Shown here: positions 9,359-16,889 of the stretch, piece after piece
Numbering within the stretch: the stretch's first letter is position 1
How the letters are laid out: each line of letters starts with the position of its first letter
DNA from: Candidatus Roizmanbacteria bacterium CG_4_9_14_0_2_um_filter_39_13
GTDB taxonomy: Bacteria > Patescibacteriota > Microgenomatia > UBA1406 > GWC2-37-13
NCBI GenBank assembly: GCA_002788865.1
Contig: PFSC01000156.1
Coordinates: 1-34,786, forward strand
DNA: 34,786 bases
Direction of reading: 5' to 3'
The notes under the pieces: generated by a model
Told to the model about the DNA's origin: nothing
The model's input: only the letters and a program-made list of their open reading frames with translations
Databases searched by the model: none
Translations under genes and position numbers: made by a program

Positions 9359-10216
9359 ATGATAAATAACAATTTAAACTCTTTGGCAATTTTTGAAACG
9401 TATAAAATACGTAGGCACTATGACAAAAAAACTGAAACGTGGTATTTCTCGATCATAGATATTATTGCGATTTTAATTGAACAGGATAATTTTAAAAAAG
9501 CTCAAAGTTATTGGACAACTCTTAAACATCGTCTAAAAAAAGAAGGGAATGAGTCTGTCACAAAATGTGACAAACTGAAAATGTTATCCGCTGATGGAAA
9601 ATATTACAAGACTGACGTGGCAAATGTAGAGATCCTTCTTCGCCTGATACAATCAGTCCCATCTAAAAAGGCCGAACCCATCAAGCTCTGGCTTGCAAAG
9701 GTGGGTTATGATAGAGTACAGGAAATGAGCGATCCAGAAAAAGCACTGAATCGGAGCCGTGACTATTGGCAAAAACAGGGGCGTAGCAAGAAATGGATAC
9801 AACAAAGAATGATGGGGCAAGAAACGAGAAACAAATTGACGGATTATTGGAGCGATCATAACGTGAAAAAAGGAGAAGAATTTGCAATTTTGACAAATAT
9901 TATTCATCAGGAGTGGAGTGATCTGTCTGTAAAAGGTCATAAAAACTTGAAAGGTTTGAAAACTCAAAATCTCCGAGATCACATGAGCGAAGAAGAGTTG
10001 ATTTTCACCGCCTTGGCGGAACTTTCAACAAGAAGAATTTCAGAAACGGATAAAACGGAAGGGTTGGAAGAAAATAAAATTCCCGCAAGAAAAGGTGGAA
10101 AAATTGCCAAAGATGCTCGTATTGCCTTGGAAGAAAAAATTGGACAAAGTGTAGTCACTGGGGAAAATTTTTTGCCACATTCAAGAAATCAAAAATCATT
10201 TAAGAAAAACAGCTAA
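9359..10216 (+). CDS. Bro-N domain / DinD-like (DNA-damage-inducible protein D family) protein
   Basis: 285 aa. The N-terminal LAIFETYKIRRHYDKKTETWYFSIIDIIAIL fits the Bro-N pattern (F..x..IR...d....WF...D....L). The C-terminal KGLKTQNLRDHMSEEELIFTALAELSTRR...KGGKIAKDARIALEEKIG resembles E. coli DinD. Confidence 0.6.
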   Translation: MINNNLNSLAIFETYKIRRHYDKKTETWYFSIIDIIAILIEQDNFKKAQSYWTTLKHRLKKEGNESVTKCDKLKMLSADGKYYKTDVANVEILLRLIQSVPSKKAEPIKLWLAKVGYDRVQEMSDPEKALNRSRDYWQKQGRSKKWIQQRMMGQETRNKLTDYWSDHNVKKGEEFAILTNIIHQEWSDLSVKGHKNLKGLKTQNLRDHMSEEELIFTALAELSTRRISETDKTEGLEENKIPARKGGKIAKDARIALEEKIGQSVVTGENFLPHSRNQKSFKKNS

Positions 10217-10220
10217 CCAA

Positions 10221-10257
10221 TCGTTAATCACCAGCTTTTTTGATAAAATGAGAATGT
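10221..10257 (+). repeat. 37-bp direct repeat, copy 2
   Basis: tcgttaatcaccagcttttttgataaaatgagaatgt lies directly after the Bro-N/DinD stop and runs into the GTG of the restriction-gene fragment. Confidence 0.9.
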
Positions 10258-10390
10258 GAAACACAATGAAGCAACAGATACGGATTTGAAAATAATAGAC
10301 CAACTTAAAAAGCTTGGATGGAATCCCGGCGATACTCTGCTATACCAACAGGAATATACCCTAATGCCCGAACAACAAAAACAATTTTAG
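10256..10390 (+). pseudogene. 44-codon fragment resembling the N-terminus of a type I restriction R-subunit (HsdR_N-like) protein
   Basis: The translation VKHNEATDTDLKIIDQLKKLGWNPGDTLLYQQEYTLMPEQQKQF* resembles the NEA(E/D)TR..LID..L...GW opening of HsdR_N-domain proteins. It terminates after 44 codons, far too short for a functional domain. Confidence 0.4.
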
Positions 10391-10437
10391 TTCAAAAAGT
10401 ATTTGGAGAGTTTATAAAAGAATTCAAAAAATAAACA

Positions 10438-11637
10438 ATGGCAAACAAAAATCTTACAAATGCAAAACGAGAAAAGAACGATGAGTTCTATACGCAGTAT
10501 TCCGATATTCAAAAGGAGATTGAGGCGTATCTTGAATATGACCCTGATACCTTCAAAGACAAAGTCATCTACTGCAACTGCGACGACCCGTTTGAGAGCA
10601 ATTTTTTCCGCTATTTTGTACTAAACTTCAAGCGCCTGGGACTTAAGCAACTTATCACCACAAGCTACAAACCATCACCTGTAGCCAACACGCAACTAGC
10701 ATTGTTTGGTGACGATAAAACGCTCAAACCCATCAAAGGTCGTCCAAAAATCACGGCCAACAAATTTATCATTAACGATGTTGGCGATATGGATGGCGAC
10801 GGTGCGTTTAACTTGCAGGATATTGCCATGCAGCTCAAGGCCAACAAAAATAACGAGTGGGCGCCACTGGACGGTGACGGCGATTTCCGTAGCCAAGAGT
10901 GCATAGAGCTACTTCAGCAATCTGATATCGTCGTCACTAACCCTCCATTTAGTTTATTTCGGGAATATATTACGCAACTTTTCGCGCACAAAAAACAATT
11001 TCTGATCATTGGTAATCTTAATGCAATAACCTATAAGGAAATTTTTCCAATGATTAAAGGGAATAAGGTATGGCTCGGGAACAATGCAAGAGTTAATGGT
11101 GGTGCTATGTTCTATGAAATTCCAGAAGCTATTGCAAATCTCGATCAAGTTCGCGAAATCAAAACAAATGAACAAGGAAAAAAAATATATATAACAAGAG
11201 TGCAAGGCGTACGCTGGTTTACAAATCTCGATCACGGACGATTATATCAACCAATTCCTTTAATGACCGAGGCAGATGTAATAAAGTTCAGCACTAATAA
11301 ACTGTTCGTGCACTATGATAATTATGATGCTGTCGAAATATCCCTAGTCAAAAACATCCCGAAAGACTATAACGGAGTGATGGGTGTACCAATCAGCTTT
11401 TTAGACAAGTACTCCCCTAAGCAGTTTGAAATTTTAGGAACAAGTGATAATGGTCTCGTTGATGATAAATACAAGAAAACACCAGGTTTAACAAAAAAGT
11501 TTGTTGATGATTATTATAAAGATGGTGGTACAGGAGCATATAAAGAAGGTAATCCGACAGCTGGATACTATGAAAATAACGTCGCCAAGATGGCATATAA
11601 AAGAATTTTTATCAAGCACAGAAAGGAGAAATTGTGA
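10438..11637 (+). CDS. N6-adenine DNA methyltransferase, EcoRI-methylase-like family
   Basis: 399 aa. NAKREKNDEFYTQ N-terminus, VIYCNCDDPFESNFFRYF, GDGDFRSQECIELL and the catalytic motif IV DIVVTNPPFSLFREY. Confidence 0.8.
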   Translation: MANKNLTNAKREKNDEFYTQYSDIQKEIEAYLEYDPDTFKDKVIYCNCDDPFESNFFRYFVLNFKRLGLKQLITTSYKPSPVANTQLALFGDDKTLKPIKGRPKITANKFIINDVGDMDGDGAFNLQDIAMQLKANKNNEWAPLDGDGDFRSQECIELLQQSDIVVTNPPFSLFREYITQLFAHKKQFLIIGNLNAITYKEIFPMIKGNKVWLGNNARVNGGAMFYEIPEAIANLDQVREIKTNEQGKKIYITRVQGVRWFTNLDHGRLYQPIPLMTEADVIKFSTNKLFVHYDNYDAVEISLVKNIPKDYNGVMGVPISFLDKYSPKQFEILGTSDNGLVDDKYKKTPGLTKKFVDDYYKDGGTGAYKEGNPTAGYYENNVAKMAYKRIFIKHRKEKL

Positions 11638-12800
11638 TTACAACACTCCAAAAATACACAATACATGATGTCGTAGACGGATTCGTTTATAACGAACTGG
11701 AAGGCAAAGGACTGTTTGGACTTGCGGGTAAGCTCACTATCCAGCCGGAATATCAGCGTAATTACATCTACGCCGGTGACGGTGGCAAGCGTGAGCAGGC
11801 GGTTATTGAATCGTTATTGAAAGAGTACCCCATAGGTCTACTGTATTTTAACAAGGTTAGTGATGACAAGTTTGAAGTCCTTGATGGCCAACAGCGCATC
11901 ACTAGCGTAGGGCGGTTTGTAACCGGTAAGTTTGCGATCAAAGACGCTAATGGACACGAACAGTATTTTAGTGGGATGGCTCAAAGCCAGCGCGAAAAAA
12001 TAATGAACGCGTCGCTACTAGTATATGTTTGCGTGGGTGATGAGCCTGAGATTAAAGATTGGTTCAAAACCATCAACATTGCCGGTGTGCCACTAACTCA
12101 ACAAGAAATTCTAAATGCTGTTTACTCTGGACCATTTGTCACGCTTACCAGAGAAGAGTTCAGCAACAGCAATAACTCACTTGTCCAAAAGTGGAGTGCG
12201 TATATTGCTGGCGACATAAAGCGCCAGGCATATCTAGAGTGTGCGCTGAACTGGGTGAGCCACGGTGAAATTGACGCTTATATGAGCAAGCACCGCCACG
12301 ACCATGATATTACCGAACTGAAATCACACTTTACAAAGGTTATTGATTGGATATCTGGCGTGTTTACCGATGTTGAGAGTGAGATGAGGGGCTTGGAATG
12401 GGGCAGATTGTACGAAACGTATTATAAGCAAGACTATGACCCAGCTGAAGTTTCTCAACAAGTGCGCGAGCTCCTCAGTAGTTTTGAAATAAAAGATAGG
12501 CGTGGCGTGTTCGAGTATATCTTGGGTGGTTCGCAAGATACCAAACTCCTAAATGTGAGGGTATTTGACGAACCTACTAAGAAGGTAGTTTATGCTAAGC
12601 AAACCAAAATCGCTCAGACTAAGGATAAGTCCAACTGTCCATTGTGTGCTATCGGTCACGATGCTAACCACGAAAAAATCTGGAGCTTCAGCGAGATGGA
12701 TGCCGATCACGTCTCAGCATGGAGCAAGGGTGGTGAAACAAATATTGAAAACTGCCAAATGCTCTGCAAGACGCACAATAGGGCAAAAGGGAATCGATAA
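11634..12800 (+). CDS. DUF262 (ParB/Srx-like NTPase, GmrSD N-domain type) fused to an HNH nuclease
   Basis: 388 aa. IQPEYQRNYIY and LDGQQRITS are DUF262 hallmarks. The C-terminus CPLC...DADHVSAWSKGGETNIENCQMLCKTHNRAKG is a canonical HNH. The GTG start overlaps the methyltransferase stop (GTGA). Confidence 0.8.
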   Translation: MITTLQKYTIHDVVDGFVYNELEGKGLFGLAGKLTIQPEYQRNYIYAGDGGKREQAVIESLLKEYPIGLLYFNKVSDDKFEVLDGQQRITSVGRFVTGKFAIKDANGHEQYFSGMAQSQREKIMNASLLVYVCVGDEPEIKDWFKTINIAGVPLTQQEILNAVYSGPFVTLTREEFSNSNNSLVQKWSAYIAGDIKRQAYLECALNWVSHGEIDAYMSKHRHDHDITELKSHFTKVIDWISGVFTDVESEMRGLEWGRLYETYYKQDYDPAEVSQQVRELLSSFEIKDRRGVFEYILGGSQDTKLLNVRVFDEPTKKVVYAKQTKIAQTKDKSNCPLCAIGHDANHEKIWSFSEMDADHVSAWSKGGETNIENCQMLCKTHNRAKGNR

Positions 12801-12813
12801 GTGAACCAAAATT

Positions 12814-14421
12814 ATGATCTCACAAATTAACATTAAAAATTTTCGGTCTATTAAAGAGCTGAGGTTTGAGCCCAATAGCCTTACAGCTCTGATTGGTCCG
12901 AATAGTAGTGGCAAAACTAATGTTTTGAAAGCAATCGATTTAGTTTTGGGTGAAGGGTGGACGACGAAAGCTAAGGTTGCAAGAGAACTCTTTAACGACA
13001 CAACTAAATCTATTGAAATAGAGATTGTTTTTAACACACCAATTTCTGTTCCGAGCAATAGCGGTTATCGAGACACTGAAGTTTCAAGTGTTGAACTCAC
13101 AATGTCGTTAATTCCTGAATTATCAGCCAGAACAACAATAAATGGAGGCAGTACTTTTTACGGTCAGGAAACATTTAAGAAGTTATGTCATTTCATTTTT
13201 ATCACTTCAGACCGAAATTTGTCATCTGAATTAAGGGTAAGTCAATGGACTATGCTTGGGAAGATGATGAGGCTAGTTTATGAGAATTATGTTATTCATT
13301 ATGATAACAATGAACAAAAACTAAAAGACGAATTTAAAGAAAAAATGTCTCTGGCAAAGGAGTTTCTGGAAGACGATTTCTCTCAAGATATTACTTTTAA
13401 AAAATTTGTAGATACCTTTAAAGCAAAATGTAAAGAAAATAGTCTCGGACTTGCTTGTGATTTCGATCCTAGTCTGGATATCTATAACCTAAATTGGTTC
13501 TATAAAACACTGCAAGTTCATGTAAAGGAAGATATTCCCAATAAACACTTCGATAGTGAAGAGGTGGGCGCTGGGATGCAGAACTTGTTGATGATATCTA
13601 TCTTTCAAACATATTCAGAATTAATGGGAGGAAAGGTAATTTTTGGTATTGAAGAGCCAGAAATTTATCTATATCCACAAGCACAAAGATCACTATACAA
13701 AAGCTTTATCGAGCTGTCAGAAAATACACAAATCATATATACAACACATAATCCCAACTTTGTAAGTGCATATAGGGCTGATGATATTCTTTTACTCAGA
13801 AGGAGCTCTGAACTAGGGACTTACAAACTGAAAAAGGATGACTATTTTAACAGTGAGAACGCTGAAAATGATGGTGTTAAATATAAGATATACACTCATT
13901 TCAACGCGGAGAGAAATGAGCTTTTCTTTGCAAAGAAAGTATTGTTAGTCGAGGGGGCTTCAGACAAAATTTTGTTTACCACTTTGTGCGAAGAAAAATG
14001 GAATATAGACTTGGATGCACTTGGAATTTCGGTGATATCCTGTAGTGGAAAAGGTGGAGTCAATTATTTTCTGGGGGTCTGTAACTTAATTGGATTAGAA
14101 ACTTATTTTGCAGTATGGGACGAGGATCCAGAAGATAAAAGTTACAAACCAGAAAAGGATTTTTTACCTAACGTTTTAAGTAATGGTACCGGCCTAGAGG
14201 TCGCGGTGAATTTAGAATCATTTTTAGGTTTATCTAGTTCCAATGATTCAGGGAAAGTAAAAAACGCACACAAATGGGCGCTCGATGTCAAATTCGATGA
14301 AATCCCAGACGAGTTTCAAAAGCTAAAGGATTTTTTGTCTGAGGAGATTCCGGATATCGACAATAGCGAAAAATTAGAAGAACCTATGGCGTCAAGTACA
14401 GAAGATGATATACCTTTTTAA
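12814..14421 (+). CDS. OLD-family ATP-dependent endonuclease (ABC-type ATPase + TOPRIM)
   Basis: 535 aa. Walker A GPNSSGKT, signature-like VGAGMQNLL, Walker B IFGIEEPE and H-loop TTHNP. The TOPRIM domain has LLVEGASDKILF and WDED. The acidic C-terminal tail ends EDDIPF. Confidence 0.8.
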   Translation: MISQINIKNFRSIKELRFEPNSLTALIGPNSSGKTNVLKAIDLVLGEGWTTKAKVARELFNDTTKSIEIEIVFNTPISVPSNSGYRDTEVSSVELTMSLIPELSARTTINGGSTFYGQETFKKLCHFIFITSDRNLSSELRVSQWTMLGKMMRLVYENYVIHYDNNEQKLKDEFKEKMSLAKEFLEDDFSQDITFKKFVDTFKAKCKENSLGLACDFDPSLDIYNLNWFYKTLQVHVKEDIPNKHFDSEEVGAGMQNLLMISIFQTYSELMGGKVIFGIEEPEIYLYPQAQRSLYKSFIELSENTQIIYTTHNPNFVSAYRADDILLLRRSSELGTYKLKKDDYFNSENAENDGVKYKIYTHFNAERNELFFAKKVLLVEGASDKILFTTLCEEKWNIDLDALGISVISCSGKGGVNYFLGVCNLIGLETYFAVWDEDPEDKSYKPEKDFLPNVLSNGTGLEVAVNLESFLGLSSSNDSGKVKNAHKWALDVKFDEIPDEFQKLKDFLSEEIPDIDNSEKLEEPMASSTEDDIPF

Positions 14422-14454
14422 ACTATAAATTACCAAATTATTCAAAGAAATTTT

Positions 14455-15741
14455 ATGAACGATATTATATGTCCACACTGTAAAAAAGTTTTTAAAGTTG
14501 ATGAAGCTGGGTTTGCGGATATCCTCAAGCAAGTCCGTGATCATGTATTTGACAAAGAACTACATGAACGATTAGAGCTAGCTGAAAAGGAAAAAGAGAA
14601 TGCTGTTAAGCTTGCAGAATCAAATCTTAAAAACACATTGCAGGCAGAATTGGCAAAGAAAGATAAAGAGTTGGCAGAGTTAAGAGCCGAAAATGATCGT
14701 AATCTTGCGGAGAAATTAGCAAAGAAGGAATCTGAGCTTGCTGAAATAAAGTCAAAACTTGATAAAACAGATGTTGAGAAGAAATTAAGTGTTACTGAAG
14801 CAGTAAAGAAAATTGAAAAAGAACGCGACAGTCTGGTTGGAGAGCTGAAAAGCAAAGAAACCGAGAAGCAATTGCTTGAAAAATCTTTACAGGAAAAGTA
14901 TTCCTCTGAACTCAAGACTAAAGACGACATTATCAAGATGAAAGATGATGAGATCGCCCTTCGTAAAGATATGAAATTAAAACTCAGTACCAAAATGGTG
15001 GGCGAGACTCTGGAACAGCATTGTGAGATCGAATTTAACAAGCTTCGCGCCACTGCCTTTCAAAGTGCCTATTTCGAAAAAGACAACGATTCAGCATCTG
15101 GAAGCAAGGGTGATTATATCTATCGAGAAACTGATAAGTCGGGTAATGAAATTATCTCGATCATGTTTGAGATGAAAAATGAAGGCGATGAAACTGCTAC
15201 CAAAAAACGTAATGAAGATTTTTTGCGAGAACTAGACAAAGATCGCACTGAAAAGAAATGCGAATATGCTGTTCTTGTTTCGCTTTTGGAAGCGGAAAAT
15301 GAATTATACAATACTGGTATTGTTGATGTCTCTCACAAATTTCAAAAAATGTATGTAATCCGCCCACAGTTTTTTATTCCAATAATAACTTTACTTCGAA
15401 ATGCAGCAATGAACTCTCTTAAATATAAGACTGAACTTGCTTTAGTAAAAAGTCAAAATATTGATATAACTAACTTTGAAGACAATGTTAATAAATTCAA
15501 AGAAGGGTTTGCAAAAAACTACGATCTAGCAAGTCGAAAGTTCAAAAATGCTATTGAAGAAATAGACAAAACCATTGACCATCTTCAAAAAACCAAAGAT
15601 GCCCTCCTGTCGTCAGAAAATAATCTTCGTATAGCTAATAATAAGACAGAAGATTTGACAATTAAACGGTTAACGCGAGGGAATCCTACAATGTCAGCTA
15701 AATTTGCAGAGCTTTCCGATTCCAATAAAACTATAGAATAA
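14455..15741 (+). CDS. DUF2130-like protein (Zn-knuckle, long coiled coil, C-terminal PD-(D/E)xK-like core)
   Basis: 428 aa. The N-terminus [24 protein letters not shown] is typical of DUF2130. About 170 aa of K/E/L-rich coiled coil follow, then GDYIYRE...[11 protein letters not shown] (D...ExK) and EYAVLVS, an RmuC-like architecture. Confidence 0.65.
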   Translation: MNDIICPHCKKVFKVDEAGFADILKQVRDHVFDKELHERLELAEKEKENAVKLAESNLKNTLQAELAKKDKELAELRAENDRNLAEKLAKKESELAEIKSKLDKTDVEKKLSVTEAVKKIEKERDSLVGELKSKETEKQLLEKSLQEKYSSELKTKDDIIKMKDDEIALRKDMKLKLSTKMVGETLEQHCEIEFNKLRATAFQSAYFEKDNDSASGSKGDYIYRETDKSGNEIISIMFEMKNEGDETATKKRNEDFLRELDKDRTEKKCEYAVLVSLLEAENELYNTGIVDVSHKFQKMYVIRPQFFIPIITLLRNAAMNSLKYKTELALVKSQNIDITNFEDNVNKFKEGFAKNYDLASRKFKNAIEEIDKTIDHLQKTKDALLSSENNLRIANNKTEDLTIKRLTRGNPTMSAKFAELSDSNKTIE

Positions 15742-15799
15742 AAGATATGAACACATTCAAACAATCAGCAATAGAAATTTTTAAAATTCAGATGAACTA

Positions 15800-15828
15800 C
15801 CCCGAAGCAGAGCTTCGAGGAATTTTTT
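15800..15828 (+). terminator. putative intrinsic terminator after the DUF2130 gene
   Basis: ccCCGAAGC-aga-GCTTCGagg hairpin (15800-15820) followed by aaTTTTTT. Confidence 0.5.
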
Positions 15829-15868
15829 CGATTAAATAAGAGTTCACTAAAATCACCTTAAGAAATAT

Positions 15869-16873
15869 ATGAATATACAAACTATTCCTGACAACTTTGA
15901 CCAACAGGAATTCAATCAAGTCGCGCATCACCCCCTCCAATCCTGGGAGTGGGGAGAAGTTCGTAAAAAAACTGGTATAGCAGTGGTTCGTATTGGTCAG
16001 TACGATCAAGACGTTCTTCAGAATGTATTTACAATGACACTCCACAACATTCCGCATACTTCTTTTCAGGTTGGATATATCCCTCGCTCTGTCCTTCCGA
16101 CTGAGGCACTTCTCCACTTTTTGAAGGAATATGGAAAAGAACACAATCTTCTGTTTATTAAATTCGAGCCAGATGCTAATAAAGATATTGTAAATTGTAA
16201 ATTAATTGAAAATTGCAAATTGAAAATTGAAAATTTTAAGAATTCCCCCCACCCTCTTTTCCCAACTTGGACACAAATACTCGATTTGAAGCCCGATGAA
16301 GATACGCTCCTACAGAATATGAAATCAAAAACAAGATACAACATCCGTTACGCCGCGCGGAAAGGTGTGACTGTGCGCGAAGAGTCGGATGACCAAGGTT
16401 TTAAAGTGTTCTCAGATCTTTATTTTCAAACAACCAATCGGCAAGAGTATCGAGGACATAATAGGTCGTATCACAAAACCGTCTGGGAAGGTCTCAAAAA
16501 TACCCATGCTCATATCTTGATCGCGTACCATGGTGATGAGCCTCTTGCTGCATATGAGCTTTTTCTCTTCAAAGGAAAACTGTACTATCCGTACGGAGGA
16601 TCTTCCGAATCCAATCGAGACCTCATGGGATCAAATCTTCTCATGTGGGAAGCAATAAAGTTCGGAAAAAAATATAACGCAACAGAGTTTGATATGTGGG
16701 GATCGCTCCCTCCTACGTATGATAGGGATGGAAAATGGTCAGGATTTACGAGGTTTAAAGAAGGATATGGAACAAGCTTTGTAGAATTTGTGGGAAGTTA
16801 TGACCTTGTGATACAACCACTTCTGTACTTCGGATATAACGTGGTATTCAAGATCCGAAATATGATGATTTGA
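15869..16873 (+). CDS. FemAB/FemX-family peptidoglycan interpeptide-bridge aminoacyltransferase
   Basis: 334 aa. HPLQSWEWGEVRKK, LQNMKSKTRYNIRYAARKGVTV and WEAIKFGKKYNATEFDMWG are typical of the FemAB family. Confidence 0.75.
   Translation: MNIQTIPDNFDQQEFNQVAHHPLQSWEWGEVRKKTGIAVVRIGQYDQDVLQNVFTMTLHNIPHTSFQVGYIPRSVLPTEALLHFLKEYGKEHNLLFIKFEPDANKDIVNCKLIENCKLKIENFKNSPHPLFPTWTQILDLKPDEDTLLQNMKSKTRYNIRYAARKGVTVREESDDQGFKVFSDLYFQTTNRQEYRGHNRSYHKTVWEGLKNTHAHILIAYHGDEPLAAYELFLFKGKLYYPYGGSSESNRDLMGSNLLMWEAIKFGKKYNATEFDMWGSLPPTYDRDGKWSGFTRFKEGYGTSFVEFVGSYDLVIQPLLYFGYNVVFKIRNMMI
16188..16245 (+). repeat. AAATTGA-like degenerate heptamer array inside the femAB-like CDS
   Basis: ttgtaaattgtaaattaattgaaaattgcaaattgaaaattgaaaattttaagaattc encodes IVNCKLIENCKLKIENFKNS. 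Confidence 0.8.
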
Positions 16874-16889
16874 TCTTAAGGTCGCACCC

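Noticed and set aside
14541-15053. 170-aa Ser-rich ORF antisense to the DUF2130 gene
   Set aside because: It is a low-complexity mirror of the K/E-rich coiled-coil coding region on the other strand. The same reasoning applies to most antisense ORFs inside lon, sufB, the oxidoreductase and the glycosyltransferase genes.
12814-15741. Calling the OLD gene pair Gabija or PARIS
   Set aside because: There is no UvrD-like helicase (GajB) and no DUF4435-type AriB partner. The TOPRIM domain is fused in the OLD protein, and the neighbour is DUF2130-like.
9359-15741. Prophage
   Set aside because: A Bro-N/DinD gene alone is not evidence for a prophage. No integrase, capsid, terminase, tail or lysis genes are present.
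15747-15839. 30-codon ORF (MNTFKQSAIEIFKIQMNYPEAELRGIFSIK) after the DUF2130 gene
   Set aside because: It is too short, has no recognisable motif, and its 3' half is the terminator hairpin. It may be a remnant, but this is unsupported.
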